From assembly GCA_009602735.1 (NCBI GenBank), contig WELA01003517.1, forward strand, positions 564,471 through 584,470: 20,000 nucleotides of DNA, given 5' to 3'. Under the pieces are notes generated by a model. That model made no database searches and was not told the origin of the DNA. It worked only from the letters and a program-made list of their open reading frames with translations. Position 1 is the first letter of the stretch. Every line of letters starts with the position of its first letter. The translations under genes were made by a program, and so were the position numbers. The DNA comes from Mesotaenium endlicherianum. Taxonomy: Eukaryota. Shown here piece by piece: positions 1 through 10,872 of the stretch.

Positions 1-446
1 CTCCTGCTGAGAGCCAGGTGGTGGACAGGGTAGTGACCGAAGAGACCCTGCTGCTACCCAAGGGTGTTTGGTCAGAAATACGAGTAATTGGTGACAACAT
101 GGTCATAACTGCGGGCTGGCTTGTAGACTCTGGCAGAGCTGTGGTTTCCAAGTGCTCATACAGCATGGCGCCTGGAGAATTGCAGCTGCAGGTTTGCAAC
201 TCCTCCTGCTTTAAGCTACAACTGAGCAGCAACAGCTGAACAGTTGCACTGTTCTAAGATCTCATGGAATAGTCCTCACCACGTAACCCTATGTTTGTAG
301 GTGAAATTTTAATTGCATGCTAGCTCTTCCCTGACTGATGTTAGTCAATAAGGAGGGTGGGTTTGAAGCCTGTATACCAGAGATGTCTTTAAGTGGGCTT
401 TCCGGCATGGTTGCAGGCAGTGGAAATATCACAAGAGAGGCGATAA
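1..446 (+). CDS. 3' end of a DUF3598-family protein, BFA1-like (chloroplast ATP synthase biogenesis factor); partial, last two exons
   Basis: Exon <=18..191 translates ...EETLLLPKGVWSEIRVIGDNMVITAGWLVDSGRAVVSKCSYSMAPGELQLQ, followed by the donor GTTTGC at 192. Acceptor TTGCAG at 411-416 precedes the final exon 417..446, AVEISQERR*. The LLLPKxxW...GWL...G.A..S.C..S pattern and the short terminal V...QE strand match my recollection of the DUF3598/BFA1 C-terminus. The gene starts upstream of the window. Confidence 0.65.
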
Positions 447-1196
447 TCTCAACATGCTCCTCGGAAGGCCCAGCATGGAGTTGGGGACCTTGATATTGGA
501 TAGTGCATATTGGTCTTGCTTAAGCTAAAACTATGTCTTTTTGCAGTTGCCCACATGACAAAAGGTACCAGTGCTGTCTCCAACTTGTACGTTAAGGGCT
601 GGAATACATCTGCAAAATTCCTACGTGAATTTCAGGACAGGATCTTGCCAAAAGAAGTCAGGAGGGTGTCTTTTGGGGTGTTGTTGCTTTCTGATTCACT
701 CGTCCTAAGCACACATCAGGTACACAAAAAGACCGACTATACAGAGATAAAGTTCCCATTTTGATGGTGTGAACTGTGCATGCAAATGTTCCTCTCAGGC
801 ATCAATTTCTAGTAATTAATATCATCTCAATAGGTTCATCTTTGCTTAAGGCCGACGTTCCTGAAGTAGTCCCAATGAGGGTCAGTGTCCCTGAATAGTA
901 TCAGTTAGGAACTCTCAAGTAATGAATGGTGAGATGTACATTAGACCTTTTAATTTTACAGATTGTGTACTGTGACCTTGAAATGCTTCTTGTATTGGCT
1001 TCCCTGGTGAAGCTCCGAAAGCTATGATATGACGAAGAAAATGAAAGGGCCAGGCTTGAACCTCTAATCACCTAATGGCCTTGGCACACAGAACATTCCA
1101 ACTGTTGATCATGATAGTAGAAAAAGAATCTGGTAGCTGCAATGTATACTACTACTAGCTTATACAGGATTGCCTTCTCAACAGGTTCTGCAACAA

Positions 1197-2835
1197 TCAA
1201 CTCCTGCTTTGGCGCCAGATGTCAGCCTTGCTTGAAACCTCTTGTAGTTTTGAATGAACCTTATCCCAGTGTGGGGCTGTTGCCTCCTTCACAGCTTCCA
1301 ACCAGTTAGTAATGCGCGGGTAAGGCTTCAGGAGTTCACTTCTTTCTTCGTCCCCCAAGACCTGCAGATCAGTAAAATGCACCTGGACCGTTAAGTACTA
1401 ACCAGCAGCATGGCTTTAAGAGCAACACTGAACTAGCATTCAACCTTTCTGAGCACCATCTATTCCAGCTCATGTCCTTGCTTGACATTCAAATATGACG
1501 AAACGGAAGCCCTCAAGTTAAGGTCAAGTCGATCTTACAGAAACAAACATGCAGCTCAACAGATGACCACTAAGGAACAACCAACATACATGTTTACTAG
1601 GGGTACCTATGAAGGAGGAATTATGAGAAACGATGAGTAACTCACTTGTAGTTGACTTATTTCACAGGCCAAGCTGTAGTCAGCAAGACACATGTGCTTC
1701 CCCATCAGGAGGGGACCAGCAATTGGCCTTGTAAGTAGGAAGTCATTGAGAATTCTGAAAGCGTTGAGCATGACTGGCTTGCTTTGTTCAGCATAAGCAG
1801 TGTTGACAGGCAACCCAAAATGTACTGGCCCGATGGTAGTCCCGAAGCAGTATCCAGCTGCTCATGTACATCCCCCCAACTTAAGCTCAAAGGTCTGAGC
1901 TGGAATCCAGGCCCTCGTCCAGCTCCAGTTACACAAACATTATGATTGCGCAGGACCTCAGCATGAATGCAGGAGGACATAAGTTGCGGAAAAAGATTTT
2001 GGTAGCATATTGAGCAGACAGCAATAGCTACAGAAGGAGGAGAAGCAACATACAGACTCCACGTCGCAAATTGAGGTGGTGCCAGTCCAGTAACATGTCA
2101 ACTTGAGCTCGTTTCTTGGCATCATATGGAAAGAACCTGCGCAATACGAGAACACTTATCAGGTTCTCCCCATATGTAACATTCAGGAGAGAACGCAGGA
2201 AGTGATGCAACAGACTCCATATAATCCCTACAAATATACGTCTTCCATTTTCTTGAAGCTACTACCGGATACTGAACCAAAGAGTGAAAATCACATGCTG
2301 AAGCATAACATAGTGATTCTCATAGTCGGCCAAAATAGTTTTGAACTTGTTTTTTTGGACTACTTACAGGAACTCATTCTCAGGCATCCGTGCATTGGTC
2401 AGATACCGCAATATGGCATGGCTTTCTGAAAGCTTAAAGCCATTATCGTCAAGAGCAGGCACTTTTCCAAAAGGGTTCTCGGCTAAAAAATCCGGCTTCC
2501 GAGTGTCACCCTTGTTCAACTCCATTGGCTGCACACGGACGGTGTTCAAGACATACATTAAGAAAACAGCAGAACTTTGATGACCTATCAGGATTCACAT
2601 ATTGGTGGACAAAATTTCGGAGCAATCAAGTACGAAATTCCTACACCTCTTATAATCAAAGAGTAGAATGAAGTGACGCTATGGCTTCGCTGATTGAGAC
2701 AAACAGGGCTTATTTGGAAACTACCTCTAGCTCATATTCAATCTCGTTGTCATCACAAAAGAGCACGACAGCTCTTGCAGGTTGGGACAGAAGGTCTGTG
2801 AAGAGTTTTGGGAGCTTCGGTGCAGGAAGCGACAT
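1197..2835 (-). CDS. GSTT: Glutathione S-transferase, theta class (GSTT-like), 5 exons
   Basis: Exons (minus): 2835-2725 MSLPAPKLPKLFTDLLSQPARAVVLFCDDNEIEYELE; 2528-2368 PMELNKGDTRKPDFLAENPFGKVPALDDNGFKLSESHAILRYL...; 2136-2054 FFPYDAKKRAQVDMLLDWHHLNLRRGV; 1857-1646 SGYCFGTTIGPVHFGLPVN...LADYSLACEISQLQ; 1361-1197 VLGDEERSELLKPYPRITNWLEAVKEATAPHWDKVH...QSRS*. All introns are GT-AG and phases join in frame. Theta hallmarks present: catalytic SQP, NP.GKVPA, ESHAIL.YL, LDWHH.NLRRG, T.PH.D..H. Confidence 0.93.
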
Positions 2836-4733
2836 CCTGTACGCGGTAAATCTGTTAAGCAGGAAAGAGCTTTTTAATAAAATTTCAGCACAACACGTGA
2901 AGTCGATGAAGCGCCTTCTACATTCTAGAGCTACACTTGACTGCAGATGTCAAGTTGTGTTTTTTATGGATGCTTAGAAGTTGAATAGCTCAGGCAACTT
3001 AAATCTTTTACATTCAACTTGATTGATCCTACAGCCCGCTCGACCTCCGATCCTCAAGAAAGGGCACGGAGCCGCGTTCGAATTCACACTCCAAGCAGAA
3101 CCAGTCGGGCAAGTTGGAATTTGGGAACTGTTCACAGGAAATCTAAAAATGAATTTCAGACCATTTCGGATCATTTTTGGATGTTGGATACAATACCTGC
3201 AAACAGACTGCACACGTTCCACACGCAAACGTTCCATGATACGCTTGTCGTATTAGCAGCCGCTGGCAGGCTCCGGGGGGTCAGATAAGTTTCAATCTTT
3301 GCATGTGAATAACAAGTAGCATCTGATATGATTGACTGGCGGTATGAGGGACTCTTAAGTGCTTGCAGACCGTCAGAATCTGGTCAGAATTGGTAGGATA
3401 TTATAACGGGGTTTGAATTGGTGTGTGAAATAGCACCTGGCAAGGCGCTCTTAATCAATTTCATATGCACTTCGAAGTTTCATCATCCATGGCCGTAAAG
3501 AACGCCCATAGTCATCACAAGCGCATAACTCCCTCCCAGGAAGTTGAAGCGAAAGGCTATTATAGCGCACTCTGTCGAGAAATTGCGAGAATTGAATAGT
3601 AGCCCCTTCGTTTGTCTTCAGGAATTGCAAGAAAATAGATGAAACGGAACATTCCCCGCAAGGAAAACTGAACAAAAGACTTTTCGATTCTTATGCGCAC
3701 TCTTGTAAAAACAGGAACACATTGCCGCGATGATGCATCCATGGTAATCACTACAGGATTTTACGCAAAGGAGGCCCCGGTCGGAACAAGTCGTGCAAAT
3801 GTCCAGTGTCGAGTGTATTTTAACCCCGATGTATCCAGCTTTAGAGGATGACGATGGAAAAGTTGTTTCATTCTAGGCTGGGCAAACATAAAATGCATTA
3901 TTTCCTTTTGCAAATACTGGACTTGTTCAGTTTATAGCTTGTTAGTAAGCTATCAAAAAATAGAGATAGATACGACCAATGAAAGGTTGTTCCTCGATGT
4001 CTTCTTTCATTTGGCGGTATCTCCGTGGTTTTGTGATGATTTGTGGTGCAGGCTTCGTGGGCCCCCCCCACCTCGCGTAGCAACTATAAGCAGTTTCAGC
4101 AAAATTATACTCGTCATTATGCTTTATGTCCTGGCAGCCAGGAGTCTACATAAGCCCCTGCCGGAGACTTCAGCAGGAAAGCAACTCTTGACCTGCGGTG
4201 ATGTAATCATCCAAAGCAAGTGATTAGAGTTGTGACAGCAACCATTGCCCCCTTGGTCACTTCTTTAGTCTCCCGTACTTCAGACGGAGGGCAATGGTCT
4301 CTTTGTTGTCAATGACAGTAGTGTAGGACATATTGCTCATCTCTCCTTTGACATCCTTCCTTGCTTTGAATAGCCCATCTTCATAGGTGAACGCCACATC
4401 GTCGGCACAGGTTCAGGGCACTTTCAGTATCTCTGTTGTTCAAATCTTCCACTCTATAGTGCTGTAATAAGATCCATAAACGTGCACTAATGGCCACGTG
4501 ACAAATACATTCTACCGATGCAGGAAGGGCTTGAGGGGCACATAATCAGAAACTCATTTTCCTTGAAGGTCCTGTGGGTTCATAATAACAATGGCGAACC
4601 CGGCAATCATAAAAACAAGTCTGATTACCTAAAAATACAAATATATAGCCCGATCATACATGCAGGGCCCTAGCTTTCTATCCTTGTGCAATGACTGTTT
4701 GTAATCTGCTCTAAATTTTATCTTTAACAAGCT

Positions 4734-5313
4734 CTATCTTAGCCTTGGTGCAGTGGCGGATCTGCAAGGGGGCACGTCATTCATGGGAAGCTCATCTGCA
4801 TACTCCTTCACTGCCGCCAATGCGTTTCCGAGAATCACCTTCTCAATTCGTAGCAGCTTCCTTGCCACGCGGAGCTTCAAATTTGATGAGGGGTCGTTCA
4901 ACTGAAATAAGACACAGGGCGATGAGAATGTGATGCTTAGCAATGCTTCCCGCCTGACCACCACATGTGTGCCTTTGGCACAAAGATCCAACTCAAGGAG
5001 CGTCCATGCACACTGTGATGACGAGTCGCGTCATTTGAGAATCTGCAGCTGACCCCGTTCTGCTACAGGAACAAAGTTCAGATTACATTCAGCAAGCACG
5101 TGGCCTCCTCTGGACAGCATGCAATGAGATTTCCACGCGCGTCAGTCAGTATGGAAGCTTTACCACATCGTCGTCCTCAGCTATGCTCGTCTTGTAGCCT
5201 GACAACCGCTTCTGGAAGTAGTCCATCAGCTGCTCCATGACGGCGCGCTCGTTGCATGGGCTCACCTGCCACCCACGTCCACCCACATCCACACACACGC
5301 ACACACCCACGCG

Positions 5314-5362
<49 letters not shown>

Positions 5363-8300
5363 CCACCCATGCACACACACAAAAAAAAAGCTGTCAGAAG
5401 TTGACACGTGCCCCAGGAGAGCAACACAGGAACGGCAGCACCAAGCAGGCAGGTTGTGCGTGCCCGCCTGGCAACAGGGGTGAGCTGGGCAACCTGCACT
5501 TCTTTCCTCATTGCATTCACCTATGCGCTACTGTGCTGCGGCTGTCAGAACTAGAAGCATGGAGTACTAATAGCTGCAAAGAGGCAAAAGACAATGATCA
5601 AGGGTGGCGATGACGGCATTGCCAAACAGGAGACCAGCAGAGGGAAACCAGCTGCACCCTGACATGCCCACTACAAGTACACACGGAGCACAACACCACA
5701 ACAACGCACTGTGCGTCATCCAGCACCATCTGCGGGCACGTTACAAATAGGTGGCGAGTGGTAAGTGTGCAGCAGTGCTGCGGGGAGAGCCGGTGGCAGG
5801 GGGGGGGGTTGGGACGAGAGGGGTACCCCGCAGACAGGGCCCTGGGCAAAGCACACGGACTCCATCTCCAAAGGGTCGGTTACGTGCGCCAGCCTCATGT
5901 AGGGCAGCATCTCCATCACGGCTTCCTTCTCGTGCCCCTTGTACACCTGGCGCACCAACAAGCGCAGGAGCACCAGCGGCAAGGGCAAGGCGCAGCACGG
6001 CACAGGACAGCACGCGTGCACACAGACTGGAAGAATCAGCGGCTAGCTCCGCCCGAGGAAGGCCCCCAAGTAGATTGAGGACGACCAGACGTGTGAGGCC
6101 TCATTCTAAAGCTGGATTTGTGCCCGGTTAGCTGAAGTACCGGTTTGATCGCACATCACTGGATTATGAGAGCTCCTAGTAAAGGAGTAACCAAATGTGG
6201 ACTCTAGCACACACAAGGCAGGCTACCATGTAAGCATGATAAGAGTACACTTCGCCCTAATCATCCCTCCGGTTGCTCCTCTCCACCCCGAACCCACCCC
6301 CTCTGCCCTCCTCCACTTCCCCCCCAACATTTGTGATAGTAATCTCAGTCAATAAGACTTCTTATTGACCATATCCGAGTTTCTCACCCCCCTCCTCCAC
6401 AGCAAGCTGATGCTCATGACAGCTAGTAGAGAATGAGCTCCGTGAGTGGGTCAAAGAAAAAGGATGTCTAGATTTAGGGCAGGATGCTCAATTTGCGAGC
6501 TGATGATTGCCACGCAGCTGAGCAGGGAAGAAGAGGCCGCTGGCGGTCCTCCTCCTCCTCCTCATTCACGCCCCTGGCAGTGGCAGTGGCAGTGGCAGCA
6601 AGGCAGGGCGCGGTGGAAAAGATAGAGCTGAGAGTACCTGAAAGCTCTGGATGGTAAGTTTCTCATTCTTCTGCACGATGGCCCTCTTCTGCTGGTACAG
6701 CGGGTCGTTCGTGTCCAGAGACGCCTGCACTCCCACCCCAAGCGCACCCGCACAAATGAGCGCGGGCGCACCCTCACACGCAGCAAGAGCAGCAGCAGCA
6801 TTGCGCAGTTCGCTATGAGAGCAGTGCAGAGAAAGGTGGAGGGGCGAGCCACGTGACGCCTGCCTGGCCCGGAATCAACTGCAGGGGAGTACGAGGAACC
6901 CTCTCCTGGTGCTCACATTGACACCGTTCATCCCAGCACCCGCTCTACCCTTCCAGGTGTGCGGGACAGGTGCGACGTGCGCACTCACAAAGCGCAAGCC
7001 ACACCAGGCTTGCGATTGTCACACAGGTCCAAGCAAGGACAACGCACGTCTCACACGGGTGGGCTTGCTTCATTTCGGTGAACATATTAAAGCCCTGGTC
7101 AAGGAGAAGGTCGAGGTCAAAGCCCTGATGTTGCCCTTGGTCTTGCTTTTGGTCAACATCATGCCAAAAGTCCTACGCCTCAGTCATTCTGATATCATAC
7201 CCTACAATGATTTTTTTAAAGCGCTGCCTAAGTCTGCTCAAAGGGACGCTTGCCGGGCAAATCGGACACTCAAATGTGACTCAGAGTAGACAGTCTGCAT
7301 GCAAGCCCCGCGCTTATACTCTCTTTGATGTTCCCTCTTTGACACTCTCAAGGTAGAAGAAGTATTGCTTCCGCCTGCGGCGCTGCTAGGCAGGAGACCC
7401 CAATCCCCTCCCTCCCTCCAGTACTCCCAACAACCCCCCTTGCTCTGAGCGCATGCAGACAGACGGCTGCATGTTTGCCAGCTAGCCTGAAGACACCACA
7501 GCCCCTCCAGTTCTATGGTGGTGCCTTCCATACTTGCGCAATCACCCTGCCCCCTCCCCTCTCTACAACCCTCCCAAGGGAAGCAGGGATGTAGCCAAGC
7601 CGAAGGGATGTCACCATTTGCAGGTTGTGCTAAGGAGAGAGCGAACTTAGTCGTGGGCTGCCATGATCGCGTGACTGCCAGGTGTTTGGGCAGGTAATGG
7701 TGTAGGGGACCATCCATCTAGACCTTGGCCTAAGGGGGCAAGGGTCTAGGACTATGTCGTGCATGCATGCATCATGCCAGGTCTCAGGACAGAACAGGCT
7801 GCAGTTTGAGGCCCAGAGCACAGACCTCGATGACTAGGCGGTCGTACGGGTTGTTCTCATCCACGAATCCGTAGTTGAGCAGCAGTCGCGAGTTGGGCTG
7901 GGGCCCGCACCTGCCATGACGCGACGTGACGTGACGTGCACACATGCTTAATAGATGAGTGGCAGCCCGCCCGTCGAAAAGCCCCCAGGTGTCCGACAGA
8001 CGCGCATCTGCGACGCCCTCGTGGGAGAGTCAACCTTTCCATATCTTCCTTACAAACAGCTGGGTAAGCACATGCTGCGCACGGTTGTCTGCTGCAACGG
8101 CCTCCTCAGAAGGAGGGGCATGCTCGCAGGCCATGCTCAGCCAGCTCTCATTCAGAGGACGGCGGATGCTTCTTTCAAAAACGAAGAAAGGACAGCAATT
8201 CATAGTGGCAGCAATCAGCTCTCCTGGGGTTGTCCATGCGTGCATGGGGCCAGGGCATTGTGCTGGAGGAGTATCAGAAGCAGAGACGTTTGGATCCAAG

Positions 8301-8708
8301 TTTTGCACATGTTCTGCGTGTAGTGCTTCAAAGGATAGCCACCTCCTGTAGTGGCCTTTCACATCTGCGTAATAAGTACCGTGACTGCCAGCCATTACCG
8401 GCTTACTTAAGGACGGGAGGGGGAGGAAAGGGCAGGCGAGGGCAGCTGACCACACGACCAGTGGCTCCCCGGCCTTCACGGGGCGGTCCACCTGCAGCTG
8501 GGTGAAGCCGTCGACTACCTTCAGCATGGCCCGGCACGTGCTGTCATATGACAGCAGGGGCGGTCCCAGGGGCACCAGCGCAAATCGCCTGGCCAAGCTC
8601 ACTCCCTGCCAGCGCCGTTGCCGCCCAACCCCCCGCCAGCCAAGGAGCCCGCAACAAGAGGTCAGCCCGATAGTCTCAGTGGTCTGTCTATGCGACTGGT
8701 TCATTTGC

Positions 8709-8788
<80 letters not shown>

Positions 8789-8833
8789 NNNNNNNNNNNN
8801 NNNNNNNNNNNNNNNNNNNNNNNNNNNNNNNNN

Positions 8834-8873
<40 letters not shown>

Positions 8874-10872
8874 ATTCATGGTTACCAAGTGGCTGGCTGC
8901 CTACCTGCAAGTGGACCACGCACGCTTGAATGGCCACAAACGCCTGCTTGAAGATCTCAAATGAGAAGGCCTCCGTAGGAATGTCAAACGGGTATTGCTG
9001 CAGTAACGAAGCACCAACAGCGCAGCAGAATGAGCAGGAGCTCCAGAGGAGCACATAGCTTGGTAGCAAGAAATGGCAGAGACAGACCAGAAAGACAGCA
9101 CCTGCACCAGCCTCATCAACTCATGCTCCTCCACCAACATACCCAGTACTCACTCTGCTCATGTTGGGGACAGGTTGGTGATAAAAGGGCCAGAGCTCTT
9201 GAGGACAGGATGAAGCCCGACAAGGTCTTAGATGGCGAGTGAGAAGCCAACCAGAGTGCTCCTCCGACAACAAGCAGCAGATGATAGCAGATTAGGCCTG
9301 TCAGGCCTGAGCTTATGCATGTCTTGACCTCCCCAGGTGTGTCCCCCCCTCTCCCGTTTTTTTTTTTTTTTTGGGGGGGGGAGGCGAACCTTCTGAAGTG
9401 GGGGGCCCAGACAGCAACTGTCTTTGAGGGGTGAAGCTTACCTTGAAGAGAGAGCCGGCCATGAACCAGACTGTGTCCAGCTCGCTGTACTCTCTCTCAA
9501 TGCCCTCAAGCCTCTCCTGTATGACAGCCTGCTCCATCCAAAGACCACCACCCCATCACGTACACATGGGGACAAATACAGGTTGCAGGCAATCTTCTGG
9601 TTTCCACCTCTCGCAACCATGCAGAACATGGAGAATCCTGTCAATACTGAGAGAAACGTTGGACCAGTGGACCATGTGATGCATCACGTCATCCTGCAGC
9701 TGCTCGCTAATTCAGCATGGAGCGACTGGGAGTTGGCTCAATGCATGCAGGCGTTTGGCTCTGGAACACGTGGGGTGGTCTAACATAGCGTGCTTTTCAA
9801 ATTGGAGGAAGATTCGTGTCTTTCACATTTTGAATGCACCCACCTTCATGGGGCTACCTTCAAAGTACTCCTCGATCTCCTCCTTCTTCCACAGCAAAGG
9901 TGACTCCACACTGAGCTGCCCCCTGGCCCTCTGCCTGTCGAGCTCCTTGATAAATGGGTACCAGAAAGACTCCTTTCCTTGCTTCTTCTCATACATGAGG
10001 TACAAAGCAAGGCAGGCCAGCTCTGACAGCTTGTTTGTAGTCAGGAGTTCCGCTGCCAAGGGATCAAGAAAGGGGCATGAGGCTTGCAGTAGCAGGTGGA
10101 CATTTCACCCAGCTACTGGAGGGTGATGGCTGCTGCCAAAGAGCAATGAGAGGAAGCTGGCCATAGCTGATGGAGTAGAGGAGTTCGAATGTAGCTATTC
10201 TACACGTATGAATAAACTCACCTATGCTCTCGTCGCCCAAAACCCTCTCCAAGGTCACCACTAAGGAGCTGGGAATCCTCAGAGCTACGTCCCCAGCCTG
10301 TACCGTCGAAAGAAGTACAACAAGGGCTTAGCAAGTGAGTTCTACTGAATAGAGCAAAATTAGTCCACTGCCCTCTCAGGCATGAGTGCAGATTAACCAG
10401 ACAAATATGCCCATGCATTTCAGACCACAAGGTATCTTACTGACAGATTAAAACAGACCTGAAGGTCCTCGCTTGCCACAACATAGTGGACACTCTTCTC
10501 GTGCGCACTTGGAGCTGGTCTATCGCGAACTGTAACTTTGCAAGGTGGTAACCCATTACTTTTCATCCATTCTAAGAGCTCAAAAGATTCGTTCCCCCCT
10601 TTCTTTTCCCTGTGATGTCCTTTCTCAGCACCCGTTGCTACACTCCTTACTGAGCTGGCAGAGGGCTCTTTTCGTCTTCTCAAAGGGACTTGAAAGGGCT
10701 GAGACCATGTCAACGAGGAATTCTTCAGTAAGCTGCCAGAGTTAAACGAATTGTACTGGACGCTTTTGTCGGATTTGCAGACTGTACGATTTCGTCTGTA
10801 TGCATTAATTTGAGAACAAAAGACAGGAGCGATGCAATGCGAGTGGAGAGTTGTCATAGCCTCACACAACAT
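4734..10872 (-). CDS. SAFE1: Plastid SET-domain / Rubisco LSMT-family lysine methyltransferase-like protein, probable ortholog of Arabidopsis At5g14260 (SAFEGUARD1), 11 exons
   Basis: Exons (minus): 10872-10459, 10297-10222, 10052-9844, 9528-9442, 8997-8905, 8605-8451, 7910-7826, 6724-6638, 5946-5827, 5265-5164, 4901-4734. All are GT-AG and in phase. Peptides WMKSNGLPPCKV, VVTLERVLGDESIAELLTTNKLSELACLALYLMYEKKQGK, ELDTVWFMAGSLF, QYPFDIPTEAFSFEIFKQAFVAIQ, LARRFALVPLGPPLL, WCGPQPNSRLLLNYGFVDENNPYDR and SPCNERAVMEQL are near-identical to At5g14260 as I recall it. The Ser/Arg-rich N-terminus resembles a transit peptide. Start is ATG 10872, or alternatively 10857. Confidence 0.92.
5289..5381. repeat. 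Compound (CG)n/(CA)n microsatellite near the 3' end of SAFE1-like intron 9
   Basis: (CG)6 at 5310-5322 runs directly into (AC)18 at 5323-5358, flanked by degenerate CA repeats. It reads as (GU)n on the pre-mRNA, 25-115 nt upstream of the acceptor. Confidence 0.95.
6547..6598. repeat. (TCC)n and (TGGCAG)4 short tandem repeats in SAFE1-like intron 8
   Basis: tcctcctcctcctcctc at 6547-6563; tggcag x4 at 6575-6598. Confidence 0.85.
8711..8871. repeat. Long (GA)n microsatellite spanning an assembly gap in SAFE1-like intron 5
   Basis: Pure GA repeat at 8711-8788 and 8834-8871 with 45 N between (8789-8833). True length is unknown. It reads (UC)n on the pre-mRNA, about 35 nt after the donor. Confidence 0.97.

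Noticed and set aside
2266..2271. Possible 6-nt in-frame microexon (ttggttcag|TATCCG|gtagta) in GST intron 2
   Set aside because: The protein already aligns to theta GSTs without it and the donor is weak. It cannot be supported without junction reads.
2974..4223. Short intergenic ORFs between GST and SAFE1-like
   Set aside because: No recognisable domains or consistent splice structure; probably promoter/UTR sequence.
4241..4298. 10-bp inverted repeat ACCATTGCCC ... GGGCAATGGT
   Set aside because: Too short, with no flanking duplication; compatible with chance.
6348..6369. Palindrome GTCAATAAGA-CT-TCTTATTGAC in SAFE1-like intron 8
   Set aside because: Isolated AT-rich hairpin with no TSD, TIR partner or Helitron-type CTRR end at the expected spacing.
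8502..9069. ERERER / SLSLSL ORFs
   Set aside because: Translations of the (GA)n microsatellite and the N gap.
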